Numbered from the stretch's first letter, positions 30,963 through 44,358 are shown. The stretch is DNA of 64,000 nt from Gammaproteobacteria bacterium (GCA_026195895.1 JAPHRO010000033.1:6739-70738); one strand, 5' to 3'. The notes: a model not told the origin generated them from the sequence alone. Numbers and translations: made by a program.

Positions 30963-32336
30963 CTACTGTGATGCAGTATATATTTGCATATCAGACTCGG
31001 TGTCATCTGTTTTCTGGAAATTAATATTTGAATAAAAGGCGGTAATGTTGCCGGTAAGATTTGCGCTAGGATATGATATGTAATCGGTAAGTGCCAGGGT
31101 ATCAGCTTCTGTTTCAATGATGGTTGAAATGTTCGATGCATCTGCGTTAACGCTCATAATACGGGCCTGGTAATTGGTAGTAGTATAAGCACCCGTGGCA
31201 GGCAAAGTATCACAATAAATAATGCGAGAACCATCGCCAGACATGCTGAACATATCACTACCATCAAAGGGCCAGCCTGGGCCGGTATAAAAAGCGGGTC
31301 GCCAGTCGGTAGTTAATTGGGTAACTGTGGCGCTGCCAATATTTACGCTGAATAATTCCACAGAATTGTCTGCATTAGAACCTGTAGGGTCACGGTCTGA
31401 ACGAAACACAACTATATTGCTATCATTGCTAATGAAGATTTTTCCTGTGTCATTTGCGCCTGCGGTATCTGTGTGTATGGCAAGTCCCGTGCCGCCTGAA
31501 CCATTGGACTGAATGGTATAAATTTCGGCATTACCATCGGCGTTACTCGCATCATTTAGCCAGTCTCCCTGACCGGTAAAAGCCAGAAGCCCGGTTGGGC
31601 TAACGTCTATCCAGCCAATACCCGTGCCGGTTCCGCCATTGCTGGTTTCCTGTGCAACACCTGATCCATCGGCATTGATAGAAAAAATCTGTAAATCATT
31701 GCCGCCATTGGCGCCTGCGTGATCCCCGGTTGATGCAAAATAAATGGAGCTACCATCGGTGGCAACGGCAGGCGGTGCATTGGTAATGGTGCCACCAGCG
31801 CTGGCAGTGGCAAGCTGGGTTAAGCCTGTACCATCCGAGGCCATAGTAAATATTGAAACATTGGCCGCGCCATTGGTGCCAAGCGGATCCTGTGTGCCAG
31901 CCCACGCGATTTGTGAGCCATCCGCAGATAGAACAAGCTCTGTGTAAGGGAGGCCTGAGCTGGCGGCTTTCATTCCTGGGTTAGCCAGCGTAAAGGACGA
32001 GATTTGTGAAACTGCACTACCGATGATGGTAAAAATTTGTTCAATATTATCTGGATTGCTTCCGGTGTCCATTTGAGCACTGAAAACAATGATATTCCCA
32101 TCGTCAGATTGCAGGACATTTCGAATATGGTTTGAGGTTTGTGCGGTAGTAATGCCGGTTTTGATGACAACATTTGGGAGATCGTTGGGGCCGCTACTGC
32201 TGCCGCCACCACCACCGCCACCGCCGCCGCCACCGTCACCACTGCCACCGGAGCCGCCGCTGCCAATAAAAGGGCTGTCTCCGCTGGCGCAGGCAAGTAA
32301 GGAGGCAGTTAATAAGATGAGTAATATTTGACGCAT
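30963..32336 (-). CDS. Lipoprotein with Gly-rich linker and TolB/PD40-like beta-propeller repeats
   Basis: Lipobox LLAC; poly-Gly/Ser linker; repeats such as NGGNDLQIFSINADGSG, NADGNAEIYTIQSNGSG and NADNSVELFSVNIGS. Confidence 0.75.
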   Translation of the reverse strand: MRQILLILLTASLLACASGDSPFIGSGGSGGSGDGGGGGGGGGGGSSSGPNDLPNVVIKTGITTAQTSNHIRNVLQSDDGNIIVFSAQMDTGSNPDNIEQIFTIIGSAVSQISSFTLANPGMKAASSGLPYTELVLSADGSQIAWAGTQDPLGTNGAANVSIFTMASDGTGLTQLATASAGGTITNAPPAVATDGSSIYFASTGDHAGANGGNDLQIFSINADGSGVAQETSNGGTGTGIGWIDVSPTGLLAFTGQGDWLNDASNADGNAEIYTIQSNGSGGTGLAIHTDTAGANDTGKIFISNDSNIVVFRSDRDPTGSNADNSVELFSVNIGSATVTQLTTDWRPAFYTGPGWPFDGSDMFSMSGDGSRIIYCDTLPATGAYTTTNYQARIMSVNADASNISTIIETEADTLALTDYISYPSANLTGNITAFYSNINFQKTDDTESDMQIYTASQ

Positions 32337-32398
32337 GGTTTATTTTTAGAGTCTGAAAATGATTTGACGGAGATGGCCAAAATATTAATGAAAATTAA

Positions 32399-33085
32399 TT
32401 ATGGTGTTTCAAGCATGTCCATTCGGCTTATATCTAGAATATAGATTCTAGTTTCATTGCCGCAAAGAGTTGAATGTGCACAGCCATCGCCATTATATGC
32501 ACCATTTGCAGGTGTGTGGCCGCCACTATTGTCAACATCAATGACAACATCAGTAGCCGGGGTATAAACGCCATCATGGTTAAGGTCCTCAAACGGCTCT
32601 GGCAGGTCTCTAAGGAATGTATTGCCATCACCATCGTCAAAATAACCGTTACCATTCAGATCGATAAATGATTCTTCGCCGAGAGTATAGGCAGTGACGG
32701 AATTGAGTAGATCTCCCGGAATAAAATTAAAATTACCATTACTCGTCCATTTGACCGAGCAGGAGCCATTGCTTATTTCACAGCTATTTGCATCCAGTGT
32801 TCCCCATTGCGATCTAATATGAACGGTTCCGCCTGTAACCAGCGCATTGTTTCTATCAGCGGCCACAATGGTTATCGTAACTTCAACATCAGCGTGGCCT
32901 GCGTCATCCTGGTCAATAACGATTGGATTCGGTTCATCAAAAAATATACTAAAATTTTTATCTGCAATGATATTGGTTGATGATGATGCGGCACCGGTTC
33001 CAAACGGGCTGTCATCCGAACTGGCACAGCCCGCCAGAACAGATGTCAAAAGTAGCGATGTTATAATTTTAAGCTGTTGGTTCAT
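32399..33085 (-). CDS. Lipoprotein with Ig-like region and DxNxNG-type putative Ca2+-binding repeats
   Basis: Lipobox LAGC; beta-rich region with CEISNGSCSVKW; DLNGNGYFD, DLNHDGVY and DVDNSGGH motifs; starts 29 bp after the pilQ stop. Confidence 0.75.
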   Translation of the reverse strand: MNQQLKIITSLLLTSVLAGCASSDDSPFGTGAASSSTNIIADKNFSIFFDEPNPIVIDQDDAGHADVEVTITIVAADRNNALVTGGTVHIRSQWGTLDANSCEISNGSCSVKWTSNGNFNFIPGDLLNSVTAYTLGEESFIDLNGNGYFDDGDGNTFLRDLPEPFEDLNHDGVYTPATDVVIDVDNSGGHTPANGAYNGDGCAHSTLCGNETRIYILDISRMDMLETP

Positions 33086-33114
33086 TACTAAACTCCAAAC
33101 TGAATCAGGTGCAG

Positions 33115-35271
33115 TTACAGGCTGAGTGAATCTTTCAGGATCTTAGGTGTAACAAATATCAGGAGCTCCTGTTTTTCAACTGATTCCAGCGTGTGACGGA
33201 ACAAAGCGCCGATTAACGGTAGATCGCCCAGTACGGGGACTTTATCAACCTCGTTACGCGATTCTGTTTCGTAAATACCGCCCAGTACAATAGTGTCGCC
33301 GTTGCTAACCAGTACCTGAGTCGTAACCTGGCGGGTATCTATGCTCGGGATATTGGCAAATACCTGGCCTACTGCATCTTTATTCACAGACAGATCCATA
33401 ATGATCCGGTCATCGGGGGTAATTTGTGGTGTGACTTTAATGCTCAGTACCGCCTTTTTAAATTCAACCTGAGTGGCACCACTGGAAGTGGCAGACAAAT
33501 AGGGAATTTCTACACCCTGTTCAATAAAGGCTTCATGACGATCAGAGGTAACGACGCGGGGGCTAGATATGATTTCACCCTCTTCTTCGGCTTCCAGTGC
33601 AGATAGTTCCAGATCAAGCAGGTTACCGCCGCTCAGTATGGCAAAAGCAATGCTTCCGGTGGCGCCGATTACTGGCATGTCTACATTAAGTCTTTCGGCG
33701 CCGCCGCCTATATCGACCGGTGTGATCTGGCCAGCATCACCCAGATTTCCTAAAGCGCTGTTAACTGAAGTGTTGGTGCTAGAGAAAGAGCCCGAAGTGA
33801 CATTGAGACCATCGGCACCCGTTGGGTCGACTGAGTTTGCGCCAAACCGGACGCCCATTTCTTTTCTGAAGTCATCAACGGCAATTACAATACGCGATTC
33901 AATCAGCACCTGGCGTACGGGAACGTCGAGTTGTTTCAGGATGCGTCTGATCTCAGACAATACTTCTTCCGTGTCTTTGATGATTAGCGTGTTGGTTCTT
34001 TCGTCGACAATTACTTTACCGCGAGGCGATAACAGACTGGGGCTGGATTCTTCATCACCGCTTTCAAATAGCGCCTGTAATTCAGTGACTTTTGCGAAAT
34101 TAATTTCGAAAAATGCGCTGCGTAATGGAGCAAGTTCTGTTACCTGTGCCATCGCTTCCAGGTCAAGTTTTTCCTGGGCTGCGATTTCTTCGCTTGGCGC
34201 GATTAACATTACGTTGCCTGCTTCACGTTTGGACAGGCCTTTGGCTTTCAGGATAATGTCGAGCGCCTGATCCCAGGGCACATTTTTTAAGCGTAAAGTC
34301 AGATTGCCATCAACGGAGTCACTAACGACGACGTTTAATCCGGTGAAGTCGGCGATAAGCTGCAGCACGGCTCGAACGGGAATGTCCTGGAAATTTAGCG
34401 ACAGGCGTTCACCGGTGTAGCCAAATTTGGATTTTTTCTGTTCATCTAATTCTTCTTTGGAAATCGGAATAAATTCAACCGTAAACGTTTTGTCTGTCTG
34501 ATAAGCCAGATGTTCAAATTCCTTATGGCTGGGTTCTATTTCAATTCGTGCACTGCCTTCCTGTTTGAAGCTGTCGATGGCTTTTACCGGGGTGGCAAAG
34601 TCGAGAACATCAAGTCGTTGGAATAGTTCTTCCGGTAAGTCGGTATCAACAAAGTTAATGATAATCTTCCCAAACTCTTCAGAAATATCCATAGGGATAC
34701 TGGATTCGGTCATTTCAATGATGACGCGGCCTTCGCCTTTTTCGCCACGGCGGAAGTCAATTTTTGTGATGCCTTTTCCGGTTGCCTGGTATCTGTTTTG
34801 TGATGTTAAGGCAGAGCCGCCAGCAGTGCTGGCAGAAGTATCTGATGTTTCACTATCAAGAATAATAGATATTTCATCGCGGTTCGTTTCGACCTGATAA
34901 GGCACAGTCTCGGTCAGGTTTAGAATGACACGGGTTTTGTTTTTTGCGGTGACCGCAGTAACTGATTGTGCGATGCCAATACCAATCAGTTGTTTCCGTT
35001 TGGGAAGTTTGCTGATGGTGTCTTCGAAATCGAAGGCAATTCTTGCGGGATTATCAATCGTAAAACTCAGCGGTTTTTCTGCCGGCTGATTGAGTTTGAT
35101 ATTAATCTGCAGTCGATTGCCGGGCAATGTTGAATAGCTTATTGCTTCAATTGCATTTGACTCAGCAAAAACATTGCCAGTGTATAAGCAGGGGATAAGT
35201 AATAATAAAGAAAATATTTTTTTCATGTTGTTCTTCGCAATATCATGGAATTTAGACTGTACGTTATTCAT
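33115..35271 (-). CDS. pilQ: Type IV pilus secretin PilQ
   Basis: AMIN-like N-terminus; YTGERLSLNFQDI, VPWDQALD, QVLIESRIV and KVPVLGDLPLIG...ELLIFVTPKI; start chosen after GGAG. Confidence 0.96.
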   Translation of the reverse strand: MNNVQSKFHDIAKNNMKKIFSLLLLIPCLYTGNVFAESNAIEAISYSTLPGNRLQINIKLNQPAEKPLSFTIDNPARIAFDFEDTISKLPKRKQLIGIGIAQSVTAVTAKNKTRVILNLTETVPYQVETNRDEISIILDSETSDTSASTAGGSALTSQNRYQATGKGITKIDFRRGEKGEGRVIIEMTESSIPMDISEEFGKIIINFVDTDLPEELFQRLDVLDFATPVKAIDSFKQEGSARIEIEPSHKEFEHLAYQTDKTFTVEFIPISKEELDEQKKSKFGYTGERLSLNFQDIPVRAVLQLIADFTGLNVVVSDSVDGNLTLRLKNVPWDQALDIILKAKGLSKREAGNVMLIAPSEEIAAQEKLDLEAMAQVTELAPLRSAFFEINFAKVTELQALFESGDEESSPSLLSPRGKVIVDERTNTLIIKDTEEVLSEIRRILKQLDVPVRQVLIESRIVIAVDDFRKEMGVRFGANSVDPTGADGLNVTSGSFSSTNTSVNSALGNLGDAGQITPVDIGGGAERLNVDMPVIGATGSIAFAILSGGNLLDLELSALEAEEEGEIISSPRVVTSDRHEAFIEQGVEIPYLSATSSGATQVEFKKAVLSIKVTPQITPDDRIIMDLSVNKDAVGQVFANIPSIDTRQVTTQVLVSNGDTIVLGGIYETESRNEVDKVPVLGDLPLIGALFRHTLESVEKQELLIFVTPKILKDSLSL

Positions 35272-35288
35272 AGTGGCTCCACACATGC

Positions 35289-35822
35289 TTAATCAGATCC
35301 GATGGCAAGCGATGCGTTACGTTCGATGTAACCACCAATGCCATCTGGAATAATTTCAACAATATCAATTTGTTTTTCGGAAACAGCCACTATTTGACCC
35401 TCGTTCTGGCCCGCATAATTACCTGTCTGTACTCGATGTACGACATTATTGGGATCTTTTACCAGTCCCCAGGTTTGCTGGTTCTGAACCAGGATGCCAA
35501 CCATTCGAAGCGTATCCAGGGGAAATGTTTCTAATGGTTCTTTCGGGCGACGAGAATCGGGCCTGAGGCCGGAATCATCTACGTTCTCATTAACTTCGGC
35601 TTCAAATGCCGGCTCGAAAGGGTCGCGCAGCTCAGAGGCCGAATAGGTGAAATTCTGATACGGCTCAAAGGTAGGTAAAGGCTGTACGCTACCTAAATGT
35701 TTTGATTTGGTAGTTTCAATAAACTGGTATAGATCAGCATTGTCACGGCTGCATCCACTGACACTAATTGTAATAAGAGCAATGAAGGATATGCTGTATA
35801 TGTTTTTATACAAACTGCACAT
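35289..35822 (-). CDS. pilP: Type IV pilus lipoprotein PilP
   Basis: Lipobox VSGC; LRDPF, KEPLETFPLDTLRMVG and GNYAGQNEG. Confidence 0.93.
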   Translation of the reverse strand: MCSLYKNIYSISFIALITISVSGCSRDNADLYQFIETTKSKHLGSVQPLPTFEPYQNFTYSASELRDPFEPAFEAEVNENVDDSGLRPDSRRPKEPLETFPLDTLRMVGILVQNQQTWGLVKDPNNVVHRVQTGNYAGQNEGQIVAVSEKQIDIVEIIPDGIGGYIERNASLAIGSD

Positions 35823-35824
35823 TG

Positions 35825-36445
35825 CTAAACACCCTCTTGCTCATCAAGGTATTGATAGGTCACAGCGGTTACTTCCATTTCAAGTTTTACACCGGGCTCT
35901 TTGTCAGGGTGCTTGATGGTTATATCTCGCATGGTAACGATGCGCGGCAGCGCTGCCACACCACTAACGAAGCGACCGAATTGATGATAGCGGCCTGTTA
36001 CGCGTAATTTAATAGGGAATTCCGCATAGAATTCCTTGGGGCTTAAGCCTTCAGGTCTGAAGTATTCGATTTCCAGCCCGCTGGCGATACCGGTTTGTGA
36101 AATATCGGTGAGTAAAGATTCAATTTCAGTTTTATTTGGGAGCTGCCGGAGTAGTGCGCCAAAAGAGCTTTTCATTTCTTCTAGTTGTTGTGCATAAGCA
36201 TCCAGGTTTGCTGCTTTGCTTTGTTTTTCATCAAAAGTTGTGCGCAGTGACAATTCTTCCTTTTCAGCTTTTTCCAGAACATCCAGTTGTTTCATTGTAT
36301 CCAGCCAGATGCCGAGTCCGGCCACAATGAGGCAGATAATGACAATAATTATAGCCTTGACCGGTCCGGGGGCGGTGCCGATTTTTTTGATGTCATTGAT
36401 GTCAATGTCACTTAAATCGATTTCATTAAGCTTCGATAAATCCAC
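35825..36445 (-). CDS. pilO: Type IV pilus inner-membrane protein PilO
   Basis: KAANLDAY, LLRQLPNKTE, EFYAEFPI and GVAALPRIVT. Confidence 0.95.
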   Translation of the reverse strand: MDLSKLNEIDLSDIDINDIKKIGTAPGPVKAIIIVIICLIVAGLGIWLDTMKQLDVLEKAEKEELSLRTTFDEKQSKAANLDAYAQQLEEMKSSFGALLRQLPNKTEIESLLTDISQTGIASGLEIEYFRPEGLSPKEFYAEFPIKLRVTGRYHQFGRFVSGVAALPRIVTMRDITIKHPDKEPGVKLEMEVTAVTYQYLDEQEGV

Positions 36446-37010
36446 TACAGTTCTCCCTCAGCATTGTTGTCTTTCGGGGCATCTTGAGAGGCAACAATTG
36501 TAAATTCACTGCCACGACCATCTTTGCGTTTACTTTCAATAACTTTGAGTTGCGGGTTTTTCATCCATTCAGAAGCATCAATGTTTCTCATGTAAGCAGA
36601 AACGCGGCCATTGGATTCTGCTATACCATGAATAGTCAGCGTGCTGCCGCGTTGCTGGATTTCTGTAACGTGTAAGCCTTCGGGCACGGTTCTTACAACA
36701 TCATCAAATAAATGAACAACCTGTGGTCGTTTTTGTTGCAAGGATTGAATAATTTCCATTCTGGAAAGCAGCTTTTCTTTGGTCTCTTCCAGACCTTTTA
36801 TTTTTAACAGCTCAACATCCAGCCGTTTAATTTCTTCCTGCAGAATACCGTTACGCTGGTTCTGGAAATCAATCATGCGATTAATATTCACATGAACCAG
36901 CAAAATAACGGCTGCAGTTAAGATAACCGAGAAAATAGTCAGCGTAGTGAATTGCCGAGTCTGGGCTTTGCGCAGTTCTTCGCGCCAGGGTAACAGGTTA
37001 ATGCGAGCCA

Positions 37011-37011
<1 letters not shown>
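36445..37011 (-). CDS. pilN: Type IV pilus protein PilN
   Basis: MARINLLPWREE and GIAESNGRVSAYMRN. Confidence 0.96.
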
Positions 37012-38120
<1,109 letters not shown>

Positions 38121-38437
38121 TTAATTCCACTTTACGTTTAAGTAGTTATAGCTCTTTTATGAATATTTGCATTAAATATTAGCTGCAAGTATCGAATAAT
38201 ACTAGTCTATTTTTTAAAATCATGTCGCTTGAATTCAAATCTGAGACTATAATTTCATTACATTTGAGACGGCCAGCAGGCCGATTTTTTTTTGAGAGTC
38301 ATTTGAGGAAGAGCATTTTCCTAGAATTTCAGTTACTTAAACCCTGCTTGATGTGATCGGAAAATGCAGATCTGGCTTAATCAGGCAACTATTTGATTTA
38401 ATTTTGCTCTATAGCCACATTAGGATAGAACAATAAT

Positions 38438-40960
38438 ATGCAAAAATTTTTAAAATTTCTTCGAATCAGCTCCAAAATACTGATTGGCCTGCTGGTTCTG
38501 GTCTTTAGTGGCTTAATCGGTCTGTATCTTTATCTTGAGCCAGAATTACCTTCTATCGAAGGCTTGAGTGATGTGCAATTGCAGGTGCCTCTGCGTGTAT
38601 ATAGTTCGGAAGGGGCGCTGATAGCAGAATATGGTGAAAAACGCCGCTCTCCTAAAGTCATTGAAGAAATACCGGAAAAACTGAGGCAGGCATTTTTATC
38701 GGCGGAAGATGATCGCTTCTACCAGCATCCAGGTGTTGATTACCAGGGTATTTTGCGTGCCGTGGTACATTTATTGAAGACCGGAGAACGTGGTCAGGGT
38801 GGCAGTACCATTACCATGCAGCTCGCCCGAAACTTTTATTTAAGTCGTGAGAAAACGTTTGCTCGAAAACTCAATGAGATTTTCCTGGCGTTAAAAATAG
38901 AGCAGCAAATTTCCAAAGACGCCATCCTGGAGCTTTATCTAAATAAAATTTATCTGGGCAACCGGGCCTATGGTGTGGCGGCGGCAAGCCGAGTTTATTA
39001 CGGCAAGGAATTGCATGAACTGGACCTGGCGCAAATCGCCATGATTGCCGGTCTGCCGAAAGCGCCATCTCGCTACAATCCAATCATAAATCCAGATCGT
39101 GCGGTGACGCGACGAAATTACGTGCTGAACCGAATGGGCGAGCTGGGTTTTATATCTGAGGCGGACCAGCGCTGGGCCAAATCGCAGCCGGTCACGGCGG
39201 GTCTGCATGATTCGCCAGTGGAAATTTCCGCTTATTATGTGGCTGAAATGGTGCGTTCCGAAATTTCCCAGCAGTTTGGCGAAGAGGCTTATACCAAAGG
39301 CCTGAAAGTCTACACCACAATTGACAAACGCATGCAGAAAGCAGCCAATAGCAGTTTGCGCCATGCTTTGCTGGCATATGATCAGCGCCATGGTTATCGG
39401 GGTGCGGAGCAGCATGTAGAATTTGATGATCAAATGACGCAGGCGCCTGAACTTGAAGATAGCAGGGAAGAGGCGCTGGAAGAGCTGGGCGTTTATGGCA
39501 ATCTTGTTCCTGCGCTGGTGGTTGAAGTGGGTGATAAGGATGCCAGGGTTTATTTAAAAGGCGGTCGCCTTATTAGTCTGGACTGGTCAGCATTATCCTG
39601 GGCCAAACCCTATATTGATGTGAATCACCAGGGCAAGGCTCCGGAGTCTGCCGCAGACATCCTTAAGGTTGGCGATATTATTCGTATCTATCGGGATGTG
39701 GACGATAACTGGCGTATGGGGCAGGTGCCTGAAGTGCAGGGCGCACTGACTGCGCTGGTGCCTAATGATGGTGCGATAAAGGCGCTGGTCGGTGGCTTTG
39801 ATTTCCACCAGAGCAAATTCAATCGCGCCGTTCAGGCCAGGCGTCAGGCCGGATCCAGCTTTAAGCCATTTATTTATACCTCGGCCCTGGAAAAACAATA
39901 CACTGCGGCATCGATAATCAATGATGCGCCTGTGGTGTTTCATGACCCTGCGCTGGAAGGTACCTGGCGGCCGGAGAATTATAGTGGCAAGTTTTACGGG
40001 CCGACTCGATTGCGCGAGGCCCTGGTAAAATCCAGAAATCTGGTGTCTATTCGTTTGTTACGCTCAATTGGTGTGCGCTATGCGACGCAGTTTGCCGGGC
40101 GGTTCGGATTTAATCCTGCTCTATTGCCCAGGGATTTGTCCCTGGCTTTAGGTAGCGGCGAGGTGAGTCCGTTGAACTTGTCGACGGGCTTTGCGGTGTT
40201 TGCCAATGGGGGGTATCGCATTACACCTTATTTTATAGACCGTATTGAAGATCTGGATGGCAAGGTGCTGTTTAAAGCCGATCCGGCAGTGGCATGTGTA
40301 AGTTGTGTGCTGGAGGCCCGAAAGATGGTGCCGCAGTCCAGGCCGGTGGCAATGGCTATTCAGGCGGAACCGCTGGCGGAGCAGCAAATGCTGGACGCTT
40401 CGTTTACCGCGGAAGACGATGGGCAGGTAGTAGAGGAGAATCTGGATACGCATTTGCCCAAACAGGCAGAGCGCGCAGTCGAAGAAAGAGTGGTTTATAT
40501 CATGAATTCGATTTTGCAGGATGTTATCAAGCGCGGAACTGGGCGTAGAGCCAGGGCGCTGGGCCGGTCTGATTTACATGGAAAAACCGGCACTACCAAT
40601 GATCAGAGAGATGGCTGGTTCAATGGTTTTAATAGTGCGTTGGTGGCTACCGCCTGGGTTGGTTTTGATCAGCAGCAGCGCGTACTGGGCAACTATGAAA
40701 CCGGTTCCAAAGCTGCTCTACCCATGTGGATTGAATTTATGCGTACAGCCTTACAGGGTGTGCCCGAAAGCACGATGCCACGACCCGAAAATCTGGTTAC
40801 GGTAAAAATTAATCCGGAAACCGGTGAGCTGGCGGATGTAAATGATAAGGCAGCGATTTTTGAAATTTTTCGTGCTGAACGCGCCCCAACTCAAAAAGCG
40901 GGGCAGCAGTTACCCAGGAATAACAGCAATAATGGTGTAATTCCTGAGCAATTGTTTTAG
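38438..40960 (+). CDS. mrcA: Penicillin-binding protein 1A
   Basis: Transglycosylase motifs EDDRFY and QGGSTITMQL; transpeptidase motifs SSFK, SRN and KTGT; divergent from pilM. Confidence 0.96.
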   Translation: MQKFLKFLRISSKILIGLLVLVFSGLIGLYLYLEPELPSIEGLSDVQLQVPLRVYSSEGALIAEYGEKRRSPKVIEEIPEKLRQAFLSAEDDRFYQHPGVDYQGILRAVVHLLKTGERGQGGSTITMQLARNFYLSREKTFARKLNEIFLALKIEQQISKDAILELYLNKIYLGNRAYGVAAASRVYYGKELHELDLAQIAMIAGLPKAPSRYNPIINPDRAVTRRNYVLNRMGELGFISEADQRWAKSQPVTAGLHDSPVEISAYYVAEMVRSEISQQFGEEAYTKGLKVYTTIDKRMQKAANSSLRHALLAYDQRHGYRGAEQHVEFDDQMTQAPELEDSREEALEELGVYGNLVPALVVEVGDKDARVYLKGGRLISLDWSALSWAKPYIDVNHQGKAPESAADILKVGDIIRIYRDVDDNWRMGQVPEVQGALTALVPNDGAIKALVGGFDFHQSKFNRAVQARRQAGSSFKPFIYTSALEKQYTAASIINDAPVVFHDPALEGTWRPENYSGKFYGPTRLREALVKSRNLVSIRLLRSIGVRYATQFAGRFGFNPALLPRDLSLALGSGEVSPLNLSTGFAVFANGGYRITPYFIDRIEDLDGKVLFKADPAVACVSCVLEARKMVPQSRPVAMAIQAEPLAEQQMLDASFTAEDDGQVVEENLDTHLPKQAERAVEERVVYIMNSILQDVIKRGTGRRARALGRSDLHGKTGTTNDQRDGWFNGFNSALVATAWVGFDQQQRVLGNYETGSKAALPMWIEFMRTALQGVPESTMPRPENLVTVKINPETGELADVNDKAAIFEIFRAERAPTQKAGQQLPRNNSNNGVIPEQLF

Positions 40961-40993
40961 CAGTTTTCGAGGTGTTGTTGAGCAGGCCACCGG

Positions 40994-42058
40994 TTAACGA
41001 TGGTATTGCTCACTCAGCTCATGCACGGCATCGACCAGAGCGGCCACATGTTCCGGGTTGATATCGGGTGTAATACCATGACCCAGATTAAAAACATGGC
41101 CAGAGCCATTGCCGTAGGCGGCCAGGATTCTGGCGGCTTCCTGGCGAATCACATCAGGTGAAGCATAGAGCGTGTTTGGGTCCATATTGCCCTGTAGTGC
41201 AACACGGTCACCAACCATCTGGCGAGCTTTCGTTATATCCATGGTCCAGTCCAGCCCCAGTCCGTCACAGCCCGAATCGGCCAGTTCGTTCAACCACAGG
41301 CCGCCGCCTTTGGTGAACAGAATAACCGGTACCTTACGGCCATCGTTTTCACGAGTCAGGCGTGACACGATATCTTTCATGTAATTCAACGAGAACTCGC
41401 TGTACATGTGGTGCGCCAGATTGCCGCCCCAGGTATCAAATATCATTAGCGCCTGTGCACCGGCTGCAACCTGGGCATTCAGGTAGCTCACCACCGAGTC
41501 GGCAATTTTACCCAGGAGCATATGCGCCAGTTTCGGCTCGTTGAACAACATGGTTTTTGATTTGCTGAAGGTTTTGCTGCTGCCGCCTTCGATCATGTAG
41601 GTCGCCAGAGTCCACGGGCTGCCTGAGAAGCCAATTAACGGCACGCTGCCGTTTAATTCGCGGCGAATCGTGCGTACTGCGTCCATCACGTATTTCAGCT
41701 CGTCTTCAGGGTCAGGTATGGGTAAATTCTCGATTTGTTTTGCAGTGCGAATGGGCGTCTTAAACTTTGGTCCTTCGCCTTCTTCAAAATATAGCCCCAG
41801 CCCCATGGCGTCGGGGATGGTTAATATGTCGGAAAACAGTATGGCTGCGTCCAGCTCGAAACGTTCCAGTGGCTGCAAGGTGACTTCGCAGGCTAAATCT
41901 GGCGTTGAGCATAAGGTCATGAAGTCACCAGCTTTTTCACGGGTGGCTCGATATTCTGGTAAATAGCGGCCAGCCTGGCGCATGATCCAGATGGGTGTGC
42001 GATCAACAGGTTGTTTCAGCAGGGCGCGGAGGAAGCGGTCATTTTTTAAGTCAGACAT
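40994..42058 (-). CDS. hemE: Uroporphyrinogen decarboxylase
   Basis: [18 protein letters not shown] and FNLGHGI. Confidence 0.98.
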   Translation of the reverse strand: MSDLKNDRFLRALLKQPVDRTPIWIMRQAGRYLPEYRATREKAGDFMTLCSTPDLACEVTLQPLERFELDAAILFSDILTIPDAMGLGLYFEEGEGPKFKTPIRTAKQIENLPIPDPEDELKYVMDAVRTIRRELNGSVPLIGFSGSPWTLATYMIEGGSSKTFSKSKTMLFNEPKLAHMLLGKIADSVVSYLNAQVAAGAQALMIFDTWGGNLAHHMYSEFSLNYMKDIVSRLTRENDGRKVPVILFTKGGGLWLNELADSGCDGLGLDWTMDITKARQMVGDRVALQGNMDPNTLYASPDVIRQEAARILAAYGNGSGHVFNLGHGITPDINPEHVAALVDAVHELSEQYHR

Positions 42059-42081
42059 AGTGGCCTTTAAAAGCAAGATTG

Positions 42082-42181
42082 ACCACGGAGGACGCGGGAA
42101 GCATAGAGGAAGGTGTTTATTGTGATGGGCAGCTACGCCGCCATTTTAAAAACCTCGGTGTCCTCTTTAGTCCTCTGTGGT
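42082..42181. repeat. Palindromic ~100-bp intergenic element (MITE/REP-like) between gltD and hemE
   Basis: Terminal arms ACCACGGAGGAC / GTCCTCTGTGGT, with internal re-iterated AGAGG/CCTCT units. Confidence 0.6.
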
Positions 42182-42193
42182 GAAAAAAATTAA

Positions 42194-44093
<1,900 letters not shown>

Positions 44094-44130
44094 TAAATAG
44101 ATGCTCTAGTAGAGGTTCAGGCAAATAATC

Positions 44131-44358
44131 TTAGCGACGGCGGCGAGGACTACGGCTTAAACGATCTCTTTCTTTAGACAGTTTTTTCAGGTGACGTTTC
44201 ACTGCAGCAGCAGCTTTACGCTTACGTTCTGTAGTGGGTTTTTCATAAGCTTCGCGACGACGGATTTCTGTTAAGATACCGGCTTTCTCGCAAGAACGTT
44301 TGAAGCGACGCAGAGCAACGTCAAAGGGCTCGTTGTCTTTAACTTTTACTTGTGGCAT
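44131..44358 (-). CDS. rpsU: 30S ribosomal protein S21
   Basis: [27 protein letters not shown]...[11 protein letters not shown]. Confidence 0.98.
   Translation of the reverse strand: MPQVKVKDNEPFDVALRRFKRSCEKAGILTEIRRREAYEKPTTERKRKAAAAVKRHLKKLSKERDRLSRSPRRRR

Noticed and set aside
33470-33500. SSGAT in PilQ as a possible ApbE flavinylation site
   Set aside because: It is part of the ordinary conserved PilQ secretin sequence, not an FMN-binding domain.
33569-34270. 233-aa + strand ORF
   Set aside because: Antisense shadow of the pilQ secretin domain.
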